Positions 51,613-62,984 of a stretch of DNA of 64,000 nt are shown one piece after another. The position numbers and the translations under genes were made by a program. This DNA comes from Gracilinanus agilis (lineage: Eukaryota), in assembly GCF_016433145.1 (NCBI RefSeq), contig NC_058131.1, positions 284,514,695-284,578,694 of the forward strand, given 5' to 3'. The notes under the pieces were generated by a model that was not told the DNA's origin, ran no database searches, and saw only the letters and a program-made list of their open reading frames with translations. Numbering within the stretch: the stretch's first letter is position 1; the number at the start of each line of letters is the position of its first letter.

Positions 51613-54600
51613 CTGAAACAAAGAGAAGGTAGACAATGAAAAGCCACATAAGGATCAGAAGCTGCCATAGCAATGAGGAATAACAAATGTATGCTTAATC
51701 CAAGTGAAATGATACGTGGGCAGGGGCTTGGTGCTCATGAACAAAATGATGGATTTGGACAGACACAGCTCTGCCACTTTCTGGCTCTGGACCACTGACA
51801 TTCACTTACATCTCCAGAGCAGTTTTCTTATCTATATGATGAGGTTGATAATGTTTACCCTGGCTACTTTACAGTGAGGTGGTGAGGAAAGCCCTTCAAA
51901 TACTATGGAAATGCGAGTTACTGTTATCATCTAGCAAAGAAACCAGGCTGGGATATGCAGGGGCAAAGAAGGAAAGAGGAGGTTCCTTTTTTGTTAAATA
52001 TTAGGAGAGAGATTCAAAAGTTCAAGGAATGGAGAGATCATTTAGTCCAACCTCCTCATTTTATAACTGTGGGAATGAAGCAAAGAGTGATATACCTGGG
52101 TCACAGTTGCACAGAGCAAAAGGGGCAGATCAGATTCAAACCAGGCCTTCTGATGCAATCTCATTCTTTCTACTACATTTTATTGTTTTGTTTTTTAATA
52201 ACCCTCATTTTTGGTCTTAGAATTGATACTAAGTATTGGGTCCGAGGCAGAAGAGCCATGAGGGCTAGGCAATGGGGGTTAAGTGACTTGCCCAGGGTCA
52301 CACAGCTAAGGCCAGAACTGAACCCAGGACCTTCCATCTCCAGGCCTGACACACTATCGAATGAGCAACCCAGGTACCCCTTACATCTTCAAATTTTGAA
52401 AAACAGTTTCAAACTAGACAAGAAAAGTAATTAAACTGTTTACGGTCTGCCACAGAGAGCAGCACCCCGTGGGATATATACTCCATGCAGGTGAATCGCA
52501 ATGAGAAAAGATCTGTATGTACCAATATATTCATAAGAGCATTATCTATAATTAGAAAAAGCTGCAAACAAAATATGTGCCCTGCAACTGGAGAATAGCT
52601 GAACCAGGTAAGTATACTAATGCCATGGAAGATTAGTGTGCTATGATGAATGTCAAAGGTGAAGGATTCACAGAAGTGTGGAAGGTTCAAGTGGCATGAA
52701 GCCATGTAAAAGATGCATAGCCAAAATTGTTTATACAGAGGGATTACAACAATGTCAAACAATACCAAAAAGCAACAAAATGTGGGTCAAATTCAGTGGG
52801 TGATATTGGTACAGAGTTATTTTTATTTTTTAAAAACCCTTACCTTCTGTCTTAGAATTGACACTAAATATTGGTTCCAAGGCAGAAGAGAGGAATATGG
52901 GCTAGGTGACTGGGGTTAAGTGACTGGCCAAGGATCACAGCTAGAAGTGTCTGAGGCTACATTTGAACCCAGGACCTACCATCTCCAAGCCTGAGGCTCT
53001 GTCTACATATATGCTCTATCTAGAGTCACCTAGCTGCCCTGGTATTTACTTATTAATATTAAAGGGCACATTCTTCCTTTCAAATAAGTGGTAAGTGATA
53101 AAAGTGCAAAGTGACATGATAAAAAAAAAAGAAGGGTATTTGAGACAACACAATATGAACAAGAATTCCCACAGAATTCAAAGGTCAATTCCTACATAAA
53201 AAGTGAAAATCTAGTGAGTTAGTCATGTTCAGTGTTTATCAAACAGGCAGCTGGGAAAAGTTCCAAGAGGGTCATAGACATGAAAGTAACAGGAACTTCA
53301 ACTAGGTGTTTGGGGATGTTTTTGTAATGGAGCCTTTTTTATCCCTGTGTCTTCCTCTTTTCATCCCCACCCCCTCCACCCCTCATCATACCAAAAGAGG
53401 TGATTTACAGGCTTTTCACTTTTGGTGGAGGGAATGATATAGGCCCTAAGAGGCTACTAAAATACAGGTTAAGGCACTGATTTGATTTTCAAATTTTGTA
53501 ATCTCCTGCCTAAAGACTCTCTGCAGTCTAAGTAGTTCTATGAACTCTTCAGAGGAAAGAAATTCTAGAAATGCAAAGTCCTCAATCTACTAATTCAAAG
53601 ACAGTGAGATTTCATGCTGATCTAACTCCTAGTCCTCAGTCTTGTAATCACAGGTCTGATGATATATTTTTTTAACTAAAATTCTTACCTTCTGTCTTAG
53701 AATCAATACTATGTATTGGTTCCAAGGCAGAAGAGTGGTAAGGGCTAGGCAATGGGGGTCAAGTGACTTGCCCAGGGTCACACAGCTAGAAAGGGTTTGA
53801 GGCCATATTTGAACCCAGGACCTGCCATCATCTCTAAGCCTGGCTCTCAATCCACTGAGCTCAATCCAGCTGCCCCCTGATGATATTTTTTGGTAAGAAT
53901 TTATAAGAATATTGTTTTATGAGGATTCTTGAGATCTAGGCAGCAAGGTAGCACAGTGGACAGAATGCCAGGCCTGGGAGGACTTGGGTTCAAATTTAGC
54001 CTCAGATACTTCCTAGCTGTGTAACTCTGGGCAAGTCAGTCACTTAAACTGGATTACCCAGCCCTTGCTGCTCTTCTCTCTTAGAACTGATATCTAGACA
54101 GAAGGTAAAAGGATAAAATAAAAAAGAATTCTTAAGATCTTTTTCAGGTTTGTTATGTTCTAGTTCACTTACAGAATTTTAGAATTAGAGTCAAACTTAA
54201 AAATTATTTAGTCCATCCTCTCATCCTCAGCTGAGGAAAATGAAGGTATGACAGGATAAAATAAGTTAGTTCTAGAATTGGAGCCAAGAATTAGGTCTAG
54301 TCCTCGGGCCTCCCTCAAGAGCCTGGAAACTCAAGGGAAGAAATCATGTCACTGTGGTACAGTGGAGGCTGGGTGGGGGCCAGAATGTGGAGACAGAGAA
54401 CTAAGGTTCTAGTCCCAGCTCTGACATTTATTAGCTATGAAACTGGAGAGAGTAGTTTCTTCTCCCAGATTTCCAGTTTCTTCATCCATAAAAGAATAAG
54501 AAGGTTTACTGGGATTCTATGAGCCTCAAATGTGATGTTTATAAACTGTAAAATGATATACACATGTGCTACTACTATTCTTCTTCTTTCAATACCCCTA

Positions 54601-54716
54601 GAACACTTAATGATCATGATGCTTTGATATAGTGGGTCATCAAACCATGGTATTTAGTATACAAACTCCTGACACAAGTAAGAGATCTTGCAAAAAAACT
54701 TGAGTAATAAACCTAC

Positions 54717-54838
54717 TCAGACATTAGCTGGGAGATCTCCTGATCCAAAGCATCCCTCTTTTGCTTTAGCTCCTGGATTTCAAGCCGTAGGGAATTCTCA
54801 TTGGTCTCATCAGCCTGGTCAGACTTGGGAGTGGGCAC
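54717..54838 (-). CDS. SWI5: SWI5 exon 3 (122 nt)
   Basis: catttag|GTGCCC...TCTGA|gtaggt; VPTPKSDQADETNENSLRLEIQELKQKRDALDQEISQLMSE. Confidence 0.94.
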
Positions 54839-56504
54839 CTAAATGACATAATGAGAAAGGTTGTATTGACTGACTTACCTAGAGGTCAATATGGTTAGCT
54901 TCCTCCCTATCCTGGTATCCATATCAACTGAACTGGGTTCTCTTCCCAATTCTATCTGCCAAAAGCAGCTTAATAGGATGGAAGGGGACTTGGCTGGGAT
55001 CAACACTTCCTGGTTGTGTGGCCCTGGGCAAGTCATTTGAAATCCTTGAGCCTCAAGTTTCTCCCTTTGAACCTGTACTACCTCCCTCCCAGGATTGTTG
55101 TAAAAGGAAGTACATTGTAAAACTTGAAGTGCTATTAAAAATTCTAGTTCACTATTTACCAAGTGACAAGAATTGGGAGTAGGGTTTCCCCAATACTTGA
55201 TGACTTTTTCCTTTGCCCTTCTTTCCTCTTGGAGATACTGGGGGGATGAAGAAGGTGATGCCTAAGCCTCACCAAAAAAAAAAAAGAAGAAAGTGGGACA
55301 CCTAAAGGTTTAAAGAGCAGGCCCCTGGAACATGTACCTAAAATGATCCAGGATAGAACTGAAGAAGATAGTCTAAGGCAAAGAATAGGAAAAAGTACTT
55401 TTTGACAAAGAATACTGGATGCAGTATATCTCCTTACTCACTCTCTCTGGACCTCAGTTACCTCACCTGTCAAATGGTGAGATTAGACTAAATGATCTAT
55501 GCCAAGCACTGTGGGAGATGCTAATGGAGGCAAAAAGATAAATAAGTTATGAATCTAAAGGAGTTAACAGACAGAGACACACACACACAATACTACAAAA
55601 TAGAACATGAAATTGAACACTGATTCAATTATCACTAAGATCTCTCTCAACTTCTAGACATATCTCAATGCCTATTGGACAGTTTGAACTAGATGTCCCA
55701 CAGACATTTTTTAACCCTTACTTCCTATCTTAGAATCAACACTAAGTAACAGTTCCAAGGCAGAAGAGTGGCAAGAGCTAAGCAATTAGTGTTAAGTATC
55801 TAGGAAGTGTCCAAGGCCAAATTTGAACCCAGGACCTCCTATCTCTAGGTCTTGGTTCTCAATCCACTGAGTCACCTAGTTTCCCCAAGTCTCATAGATA
55901 TCTTAAAACTAGAACAATATCTGAATGTGAACTCATTAACTTTTTCTTATAACCCTCCCTACTTCTGAACCACCCCTATTATCAATTTTTAAAACTCTTA
56001 CTTTCCATCTTAGAATCAATACTAAGTATCAGTTCCAAAGCAGAACAGTAAGGGCTAGGCAATTAAGTGATTTGCCCAAGGTCTTACTGCTAGGAAGTGT
56101 CAGAGGACAATTCTGAACCCAGGACCTTCCATTTCCAGGTCTGGCTTTTAGTCCAGTGAGTCACCTACCTGCTCCTCTTAAACTGAGTCTTGAAGAAAGC
56201 CAGATACTGGCATTTCAGGCATGGAGGACAGCCAGACACATAGAAATGTGAGATGGAATACACATATATATGTGAAATCATGTCAAACTTTGCAGAGGAT
56301 TTAGAAGAAAGAGGACAAGAAGAGGAGGCATCAAGTGTAGATAATTTTTTCAAGGTCTTTAGCCATGAAAAGGAGATATAGAAAAAAAAGCAAGAGTAAT
56401 TAGTGAAGATCTTTATGATGGGAGAGACTTGTACATGTTTGTAGATAACAGGGAAAAATAGGGGGAAAACTAAAAATGTCTGGTGTTGGGGTTTTTTAAA
56501 TCCT

Positions 56505-57200
56505 TATTTTATTTTAATAACAAAATTCCACATTAAGTTCTCCAAAGTTATATGATTCATGTTGTCTCCCTCTCTTCTTCCCTCCCCCTTCCTGGAGTTG
56601 ATGAGCTATTCAATCTGGGTTATACATTTATTATCATGCAAAACTTATTTCCATATTAATCATTTATGTAAATGAATAATCTTATAAAAGCAAAACCCCA
56701 AAACACATACCCAAATAAACAAGTGATAAATCCTATGTTTTCATCTGCATTTATACTCTAACAGTTCTTTCTCTACAGGTGGATAGCATTCTTTTTCATT
56801 AGTCCCTCAGAATTGTCCTGATCATTGCATTGCTGTTAGTAGCAAAGTCTATCACATTTGATTGTTCCACATTTCAGTTACTGTGTATAACGTCCTCCTG
56901 GTTCTGTTTATTTCACTCCGGATGGGTTCATGTAGGTCTTTTCAGCTTTTTCTGAAATCATCCTGTTCATCATTCCTTATAGCACAACAGTATTCCATCA
57001 CCATCACATACCACAATTTGTTCAGCCATTCCCCAACTGAGGGACATCCCATTAGTTTCCAATTCTTTGCCCACCACAAAAAGAGCAGCTATAAATATTT
57101 TTGTACAAACAGGTCCATTCCCATTTTTAAAAAAAAATCTCTTTGGATTACAGACCTGATAGTGGTATTGCTGGATCAAAAGGTACGAATTCTTTTATAG
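56505..57200 (-). mobile_element. L1 3' fragment
   Basis: Collinear with the 3'UTR/ORF2 end of the 6516 element. Confidence 0.8.
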
Positions 57201-57439
57201 CTCTTAGGTGTTGTTAATGGGAACAGTTTTGGGGGGAATTTGGAAGAGGATGGCATCAAAGGTATACATAATAGTACTGTTCTTAGTGAAAAAGATTATC
57301 TCACTGTCAAGAAAATGGATTAAAGAAGAAAGTGAGAAATGATGTCAGGGATTTTGGGGATTTTTTTTTCCTTCAGTAAAATGAGAGTTAAGGAATCTTG
57401 AGTACTGCTTTACATCAATAAGATTGGCTAACAGAAGAG

Positions 57440-58037
57440 AAAAGGAAAATGATAAATGATGGAGGGGATGTGGAAAAATAGGGACACTAATGCACTGTTG
57501 GTGGAATTATGAACTGGTCTGACCACTCTGGAGATCAATTTGGAAATATGTTTAAAGAACTATAAAACTGTGCATACCCTTTGACTTAGGAATACCACTA
57601 TATTAGGTATATATTCCAAAGAGATCAAAGAAAAAAGAAAAAGACCTGCATATACAAAAATATTTATGGCAGCTCTTTTCATGGTGGCAAAGAACTGAAA
57701 ATTGTTGGGGTGCCCATCGATTGGGGGATAGCTGAACAAAGTTGTGATATATAGTTATGAAGGATACTGTTTGCTATAAGAAAGGATAAAGGGGATGGTT
57801 TCAGAAAAATGGGAAAGGTTAGATGAGCTAATGCAAAGTGAAGGAAGCAAAACTAGGGGAACAGTGTACACAGTAACAGCAATAGTATAAAGATGGTCAA
57901 CTGTTAAAAAGATTTAACCACTCTAATTAATACAATGATCCAAGACAATTCTAAAAGACTCACAAAGAAAAATGTTATCTATATTCAGAGAGAAACGATG
58001 AACTGAGTGTAAATTGAAACATGCTTTTTTTACTTTT

Positions 58038-58069
<32 letters not shown>

Positions 58070-58470
58070 TTTTTTTTTTTTTTGCATCATGGCTAATATG
58101 GAAAAGTTTCCCATGATCATATTGCTTGCCTTCTCAATGGATGAGGGAGGGGCTGAAGGGAGGGAAAGGATGCAAACTAAAATGTTTTTTAGGGAACAGC
58201 TGGGTGGCTCAGGGCATTGAGAGCCAGGTCTAGAGACAGGAGGTCCTAGGCTCAAATCTGGCCTCAGACACTTCCCAGATGTGTGACCCTAGGCAAGTCA
58301 CTTAACCCCCATTGCCTAGCCCTTACTGCAATTCTGCCTTAGAACCAATAAACAGTATTGATTGATTCTAAGCCAGAAGGTAAGGGTTTAGAAAAAGGTT
58401 TTTAAAATGAATGTTAAAGTATGATTTTAAAAAATAAAATATTTAAAAAATTTTAAAATTTTGAAAAAAA
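57440..58470 (+). mobile_element. L1 3' fragment with internal SINE (~58192-58400) and (TTTC)n
   Basis: L1 ORF2-end words; bounds approximate. Confidence 0.7.
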
Positions 58471-60029
58471 TTAGTTCCGATCCTCTGAGAGGGTAGGAGG
58501 GAGGGGAAGATATGGGAGGTTGGAAGAGAGAAGATAAAGTATGAAAACAATCTCTGTGGAAAGTGGGAATAAAGCTTCAATTAGGAAGAAGTAAAAAGAC
58601 TGATTTGCTACAGTGAGGTAAGCCAGTAAGGTTAGCTAATATAAATTTGAAACATGAGGTCAGCTTGGTGGAATGATGTATTTCAGCTCTGTTCAGCAAC
58701 ACAAGGACACCAGAGGCAAAGTGGTGGGGGTAATGTAGGGTTAATTTTTGGCAAGGAATAAGTGTTAACAGTACAAAGGAGCAAGGGATTTGAAATTAGA
58801 GGGCAAAATAAGAGTCTAACTGGTTAACTATAAGATCAAAGTTAGAATGGAGGAAAGTGAAATCAGAACAGAGGTAAAGGCCTGAGAAAGTACTAAAGGG
58901 TGAATTATAAGATGAAGAATTGGTTTAGGATGGTGGATGGTAAGGCATAGGGAGAGATAGAATGATATGCTATAAGACAAGAGGAATATAAGATTTTTCA
59001 TTGTGAGGTATAATGCATAGGGATGATATGTTGAGATCTAAGAGGATAACCATCATTGGATTTGAAGATATACCAGATACTGAATGCCTTGAAAAAGGAA
59101 GAAGAATGAACTGGGACCAGTAAATGTTAGACACTATGATTCTGAGTTTTTCAAAAGGAGTCAATAAAACAACAAAATTCCCTCTCAAGGGCATAATTTG
59201 CATAGAAATAATATCAAAATCAGGAATTATATAATTTTTTAAAAATGAAGAATGAGTAGGAGTCAGAGAAAAAGAAAGAAAGGGGAGGGCATCTCAGGCT
59301 GGTATGAATATAGATAGCCACAGAGGTAAGAATAACTTGGCTTTTTGTAGGGGCAGTAAGACTAGTTTGATTGGAGCAAAAGAAGCATTCAAAAATAAGG
59401 TTAGAAAGGTAGAAGAAGATTAGATTGCAAAAAGTCTTCTATATTTGCTGTTTCAGAAGAATCAACCTGATGTTTTAGGTGGTCTGGACACTACTAGAAA
59501 TTTTTTAATTAGAGGGTAATATGTGTTTTGACAAATTTAACCTGGAAATGGCAGTGTGAATGGTGGATTAGAAGGAAGCTGTGGTCATGGTAAAAGTGAA
59601 GAGGCCAATAGTTTATGTATGAAGTAGAAAGGACCTGACCTGGGATTATGTCCTTAGAAATGGAGAGACAAGGATGAAAGACAATACAAAGAACATACAA
59701 GTTCTGATAAATGTGGGGGGTGAGAGAGAGGGAAAGATCACAAATGACTGCCATTTCTCAGCAACTGAAAATGGCGAATGAAAGAAAAAGGGAAGTTAAG
59801 AGGAAGAGGTCATTTTGACAGACACTGATGAGATCAGTTTTGGATACATTGAGTGCATCTAGTATAGTGAAAATAAAACATAAAAATGGGAAAATCCAGG
59901 AGGTAGTTAGAAATGTAAAATTCATTAGGTCAGAATGGGAGATATGGATTTAGAAGTCATCAGCAGAAGTGATGACAGAACAGTAGAAGAAATGACCAAT
60001 GAAAACCATAGCATAAGCAATCAAGTATA

Positions 60030-60640
60030 AAAAGAGAAAGAGACAATTGGGGAATGGCTGAAAAAATCATAGTTCATGCTGGTGATGGAATACTACTGTG
60101 CAATAAGAAATAAGCAAGATGACTTCAGAAAAAGCCAGAAAGATCTGCAGAAACTGATACAGAGTGAAATAAGTAGAACTGGGAGAATACCGTATACAAT
60201 AACAGCAATACTGTACAATGATTACCCGTGAAAATTTGGCTATTCTCAGCAATGCAATGATCTGGGACAATCCTGAAAGACCTATGGTAGGGAATGCTAT
60301 CTATCTCCAGAGAAAGAACCGTTGAAATCATCTTTCATATCAGTGTATTTATGGTTTTATTTTGGGGTTTTGTTATGTATAAGTTTGCTCTTACAACAAT
60401 GACCAATATGGAAGCGTGTTTTGCATGACAATAAAATAAAATGAAAGGGGGCAGCTGGGTAGCTCAGTGGAGTGAGAGTCAGGCCTAGAGACAGGAGGTC
60501 CTAGGTTCAAACCTGGCCTTAGCCACTTCCCAGCTGTGTGACCCTGGGCAAGTCACTTGACCCCCATTGCCCACCCTTACCACTCTTCCACCTATGAGAC
60601 AATACACCGAAGTACAAGGGTTTAAAAAATAAAATAAAAT
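60030..60640 (+). mobile_element. L1 3' end with a young SINE (60447-60640) inserted in its A-tail
   Basis: AATAAAATAAAATGAAAG is repeated on both sides of the SINE. Confidence 0.8.
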
Positions 60641-61540
60641 AAAATAAAATGAAAGAGAACAGGGGATTGACGACAAAGACAGAGGAAGGACTAAGGAACT
60701 GAAAAAGCAGAATAGTATTGCCTCATGAAGGAAAAGGGAGAATAGGGTTCCAAGAAGGAGGTAGCAGAAAATAGTATAGATTTCTTCAGTGAGGTAATAT
60801 TAAAAGGTCATTGGAAATATTTGAAGAGCTTGGGTAGAGTGGAAAGGGCAGAAATAAGACTGTCAAGGTTAAAGAGCAAGAGGATGATGAAGGCACCTAC
60901 TTGGTGCCATGTAGGTTTGGTAGTAAAAGGGAAGGAAGAAGATAGAAACTAGTTGGGGGAGGGGGGAGTAGGATCAAGCAAAGTTGTTTTTTTCTCCCTC
61001 TCTCCAAAGATTAGGGAAATCTGTGTGTTTAAAGGCAGAGAGGATGCAACTATTTGGGAGAAAAAGATGGTAGAAATTATGGAACAAGATTTTAAAGCAA
61101 GAAGAGATCAAAGGGGTTAGCTTTGGACAATCACATCTGAATCTGGTTAGGATGAGAAAATATACTTAGAGGCATAAGGCAGAGGAGATGAGATGAAGAT
61201 AACACCAGATATCCTGTCTGATCCACCTTAGTCAAGTAGGGGGCAGGCAAGTCATTCAATTTATCTGATATTTATTAAATCTCTAATATGGCTGAGTACA
61301 TTTAGTGGAGGTGGAAGGAGACATTAGAGGATGAGAAAAAGAAAGGCTTTTAAGAGATGCTATGAAAACTTCTGCTATGGAATCAAAGCAATTAAGAAAA
61401 GGATTGCTGGGCTGTAACTAGGAGACCCAGAGAGACTAGGGAAAGATAAATTGTTAATGGGGCAGAATGGGAAATTGAGATACATAGGAAAGAAGGAAGG
61501 AGTCCTAGAAAGAAGCCTAAGAGCTTGCATATATACTCAC

Positions 61541-61589
61541 AGGAGATCGAAAAGATGCTGAATGTCGTTTGGAGAGTCCCAGTCGTGCC
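61541..61589 (-). CDS. SWI5: SWI5 exon 2 (49 nt)
   Basis: ttgctttccag|GGCACG...TCTCCT|gtgagt; (R)ARLGLSKRHSASFRSP; phase 2 to phase 0 fits exon 3; the FRSP end matches the remembered human GAFRSP. Confidence 0.88.
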
Positions 61590-62134
61590 CTGGAAAGCAA
61601 CCAAGGAAAAGGGGTGATTAAGGACCCAGAAATTGTGGCAAGAAGGCGACCCTTCAAAGTTACCTGAGAGCCAGTGAGGGGGCAAGTGGGAAAGGGAAAC
61701 TGAATCAGATTATTTGGGCAAGGGCATTTGAGAAGTGATGGAGACTCAAAGGTAAGGAAGAGTAGCCTACAAAGGAAGACAGGTCTATAAATCTCCCAAA
61801 GGGGCGAAGAGTCTCTGGGGAAAGAGGTGTCAATGGAAAGGATTGGAACTTTGGGTTGAGATCTTTAAAGGGAACAAGGTCTCTGATGGGATTCACCAGT
61901 CCCTTGAGACCAGGGTTTCTGAAGTGGGTGGGATCTTAAAGAAGGCGGGTCTTTAAAAGGTATGAAGTCTCGGATGATACCAATACAAAAAGAACAAGCA
62001 TTTATTAGCGCCCACTATGAGCCAAGCCCGGTGCTGGGTGCTATAGGAGGAGGGGTCGTTGAAGGAGGCTGAGGTCTCCTGAGAAGGAAGTTTCAAAAGT
62101 GCCTGCTCTTATGGGAGTCTTGTCCTCGTCGCAC

Positions 62135-62196
62135 CTCCGGAGGCCCGGAGGCCCGGGCTCCCCTCCCGAGGGTCTCTGCAGTGCGCGGGGCTCCAG
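62135..62196 (-). CDS. SWI5: SWI5 exon 1 coding part (62 nt), proposed CUG start
   Basis: GCAGCC-CTG-G at 62196-62194; (M)EPRALQRPSGGEPGPPGLR(R); donor CGGAG|gtgcga in phase 2. The five exons total 393 nt = 130 aa + stop. There is no ATG on the minus strand in this exon or for ~400 nt upstream. Confidence 0.78.
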
Positions 62197-62495
62197 GGCT
62201 GCCCAGGAAGTGGAGATGCGACAAGGTTCGCTCCCAGAGCAGCGCGTTCTCGAAGAAGGTCCTAAAGAATTCGCGCCAGCGAAGAGAAGGCCGGGAGAAG
62301 ATAGGAAGGGCTAAAGCGAAGAGGCGAGTGGGCGGGGCGGGGCGACGCACGCGCGAGTGGGCGGGACAGGCGCAGGCGCAGACGCAGGGGAGCGCAGGGC
62401 CGTCCGACCCCGCCCTTCGCCCTCCCAATGGGAGGAGCGGGCGCGGCGCGGTGGCTGCCGGATGGAATGCCGCGGTGGTTGCCGGGATCACGGTG
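62197..62495. promoter_or_regulatory. SWI5/GOLGA2 bidirectional CpG-island promoter
   Basis: 300 bp between the starts; ETS CAGGAAGTG at 62204-62212, GC boxes at ~62330-62342, NRF1-like GCGCAGGCGCA at 62370-62380, CCAAT at 62425-62429. Confidence 0.85.
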
Positions 62496-62532
62496 ATGTG
62501 GCCCCCCCCGCCTTTCCCCTCCCCGGCCCGGG

Positions 62533-62580
62533 ATGGCGGACGAGACCCGACAGAGCAAATTGGCCGCGGCCAAAAAGAAG
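62533..62580 (+). CDS. GOLGA2: GOLGA2 (GM130) exon 1; gene continues beyond the window
   Basis: [16 protein letters not shown]|gtaaac matches the GM130 N-terminus [16 protein letters not shown]. The upstream MWP ATG at 62496 is 37 nt away and so out of frame. Exon 2 was not found before 64000. Confidence 0.93.
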
Positions 62581-62976
62581 GTAAACGCTGCCAGAGCAGC
62601 CCCTATACCCGCAGTCTCGGCCCCGCCCCTTTCCTCTTCGCCGCTTGGGCCCTGACAGACCCCCTCTCGGATCCAGTCTCTTCTTGGTCCCCTCAGGTCC
62701 CTACTGATTCCCTTCCGGATCTCCTCAGATCGCCCTCCTGATCCACCTCGCGCCTCCCCCGCCGGTTCCTGAAGGGCCTTCACCAGTCTCCCTCCCCAAT
62801 CCCCTCAGGGTCCTCATCTCAAACCCCGCAAGTCTCTGTTCTTGATCCCCGCAGACCCCGCGCCTCGAACCCCCCAGGACTTCCTCAAACCCCTGGCGGC
62901 CCGCGCCCCTCCCCCGCCGCCCCCTTGGTGACTTTGGGCCCGTGACACCCTCTCTCCGGGCCCGGGCCCGGGCCCG

Positions 62977-62984
62977 TGACGTCA
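62977..62984. promoter_or_regulatory. Full palindromic CRE TGACGTCA in GOLGA2 intron 1
   Basis: Exact consensus inside the CpG island, directly after a (GGGCCC)3 array. Confidence 0.5.

Noticed and set aside
61660-61900. Alternative minus-strand donors (CAG|GTAACT near 61662, CTG|GTGAAT at 61896) as an AUG-containing SWI5 first exon
   Set aside because: Outside the CpG island. The 61896 candidate hits an in-frame TAA before any ATG, and the 61662 candidate would leave only a ~73-nt intron within a pyrimidine tract. The 62134 donor matches the remembered human sequence and phase.
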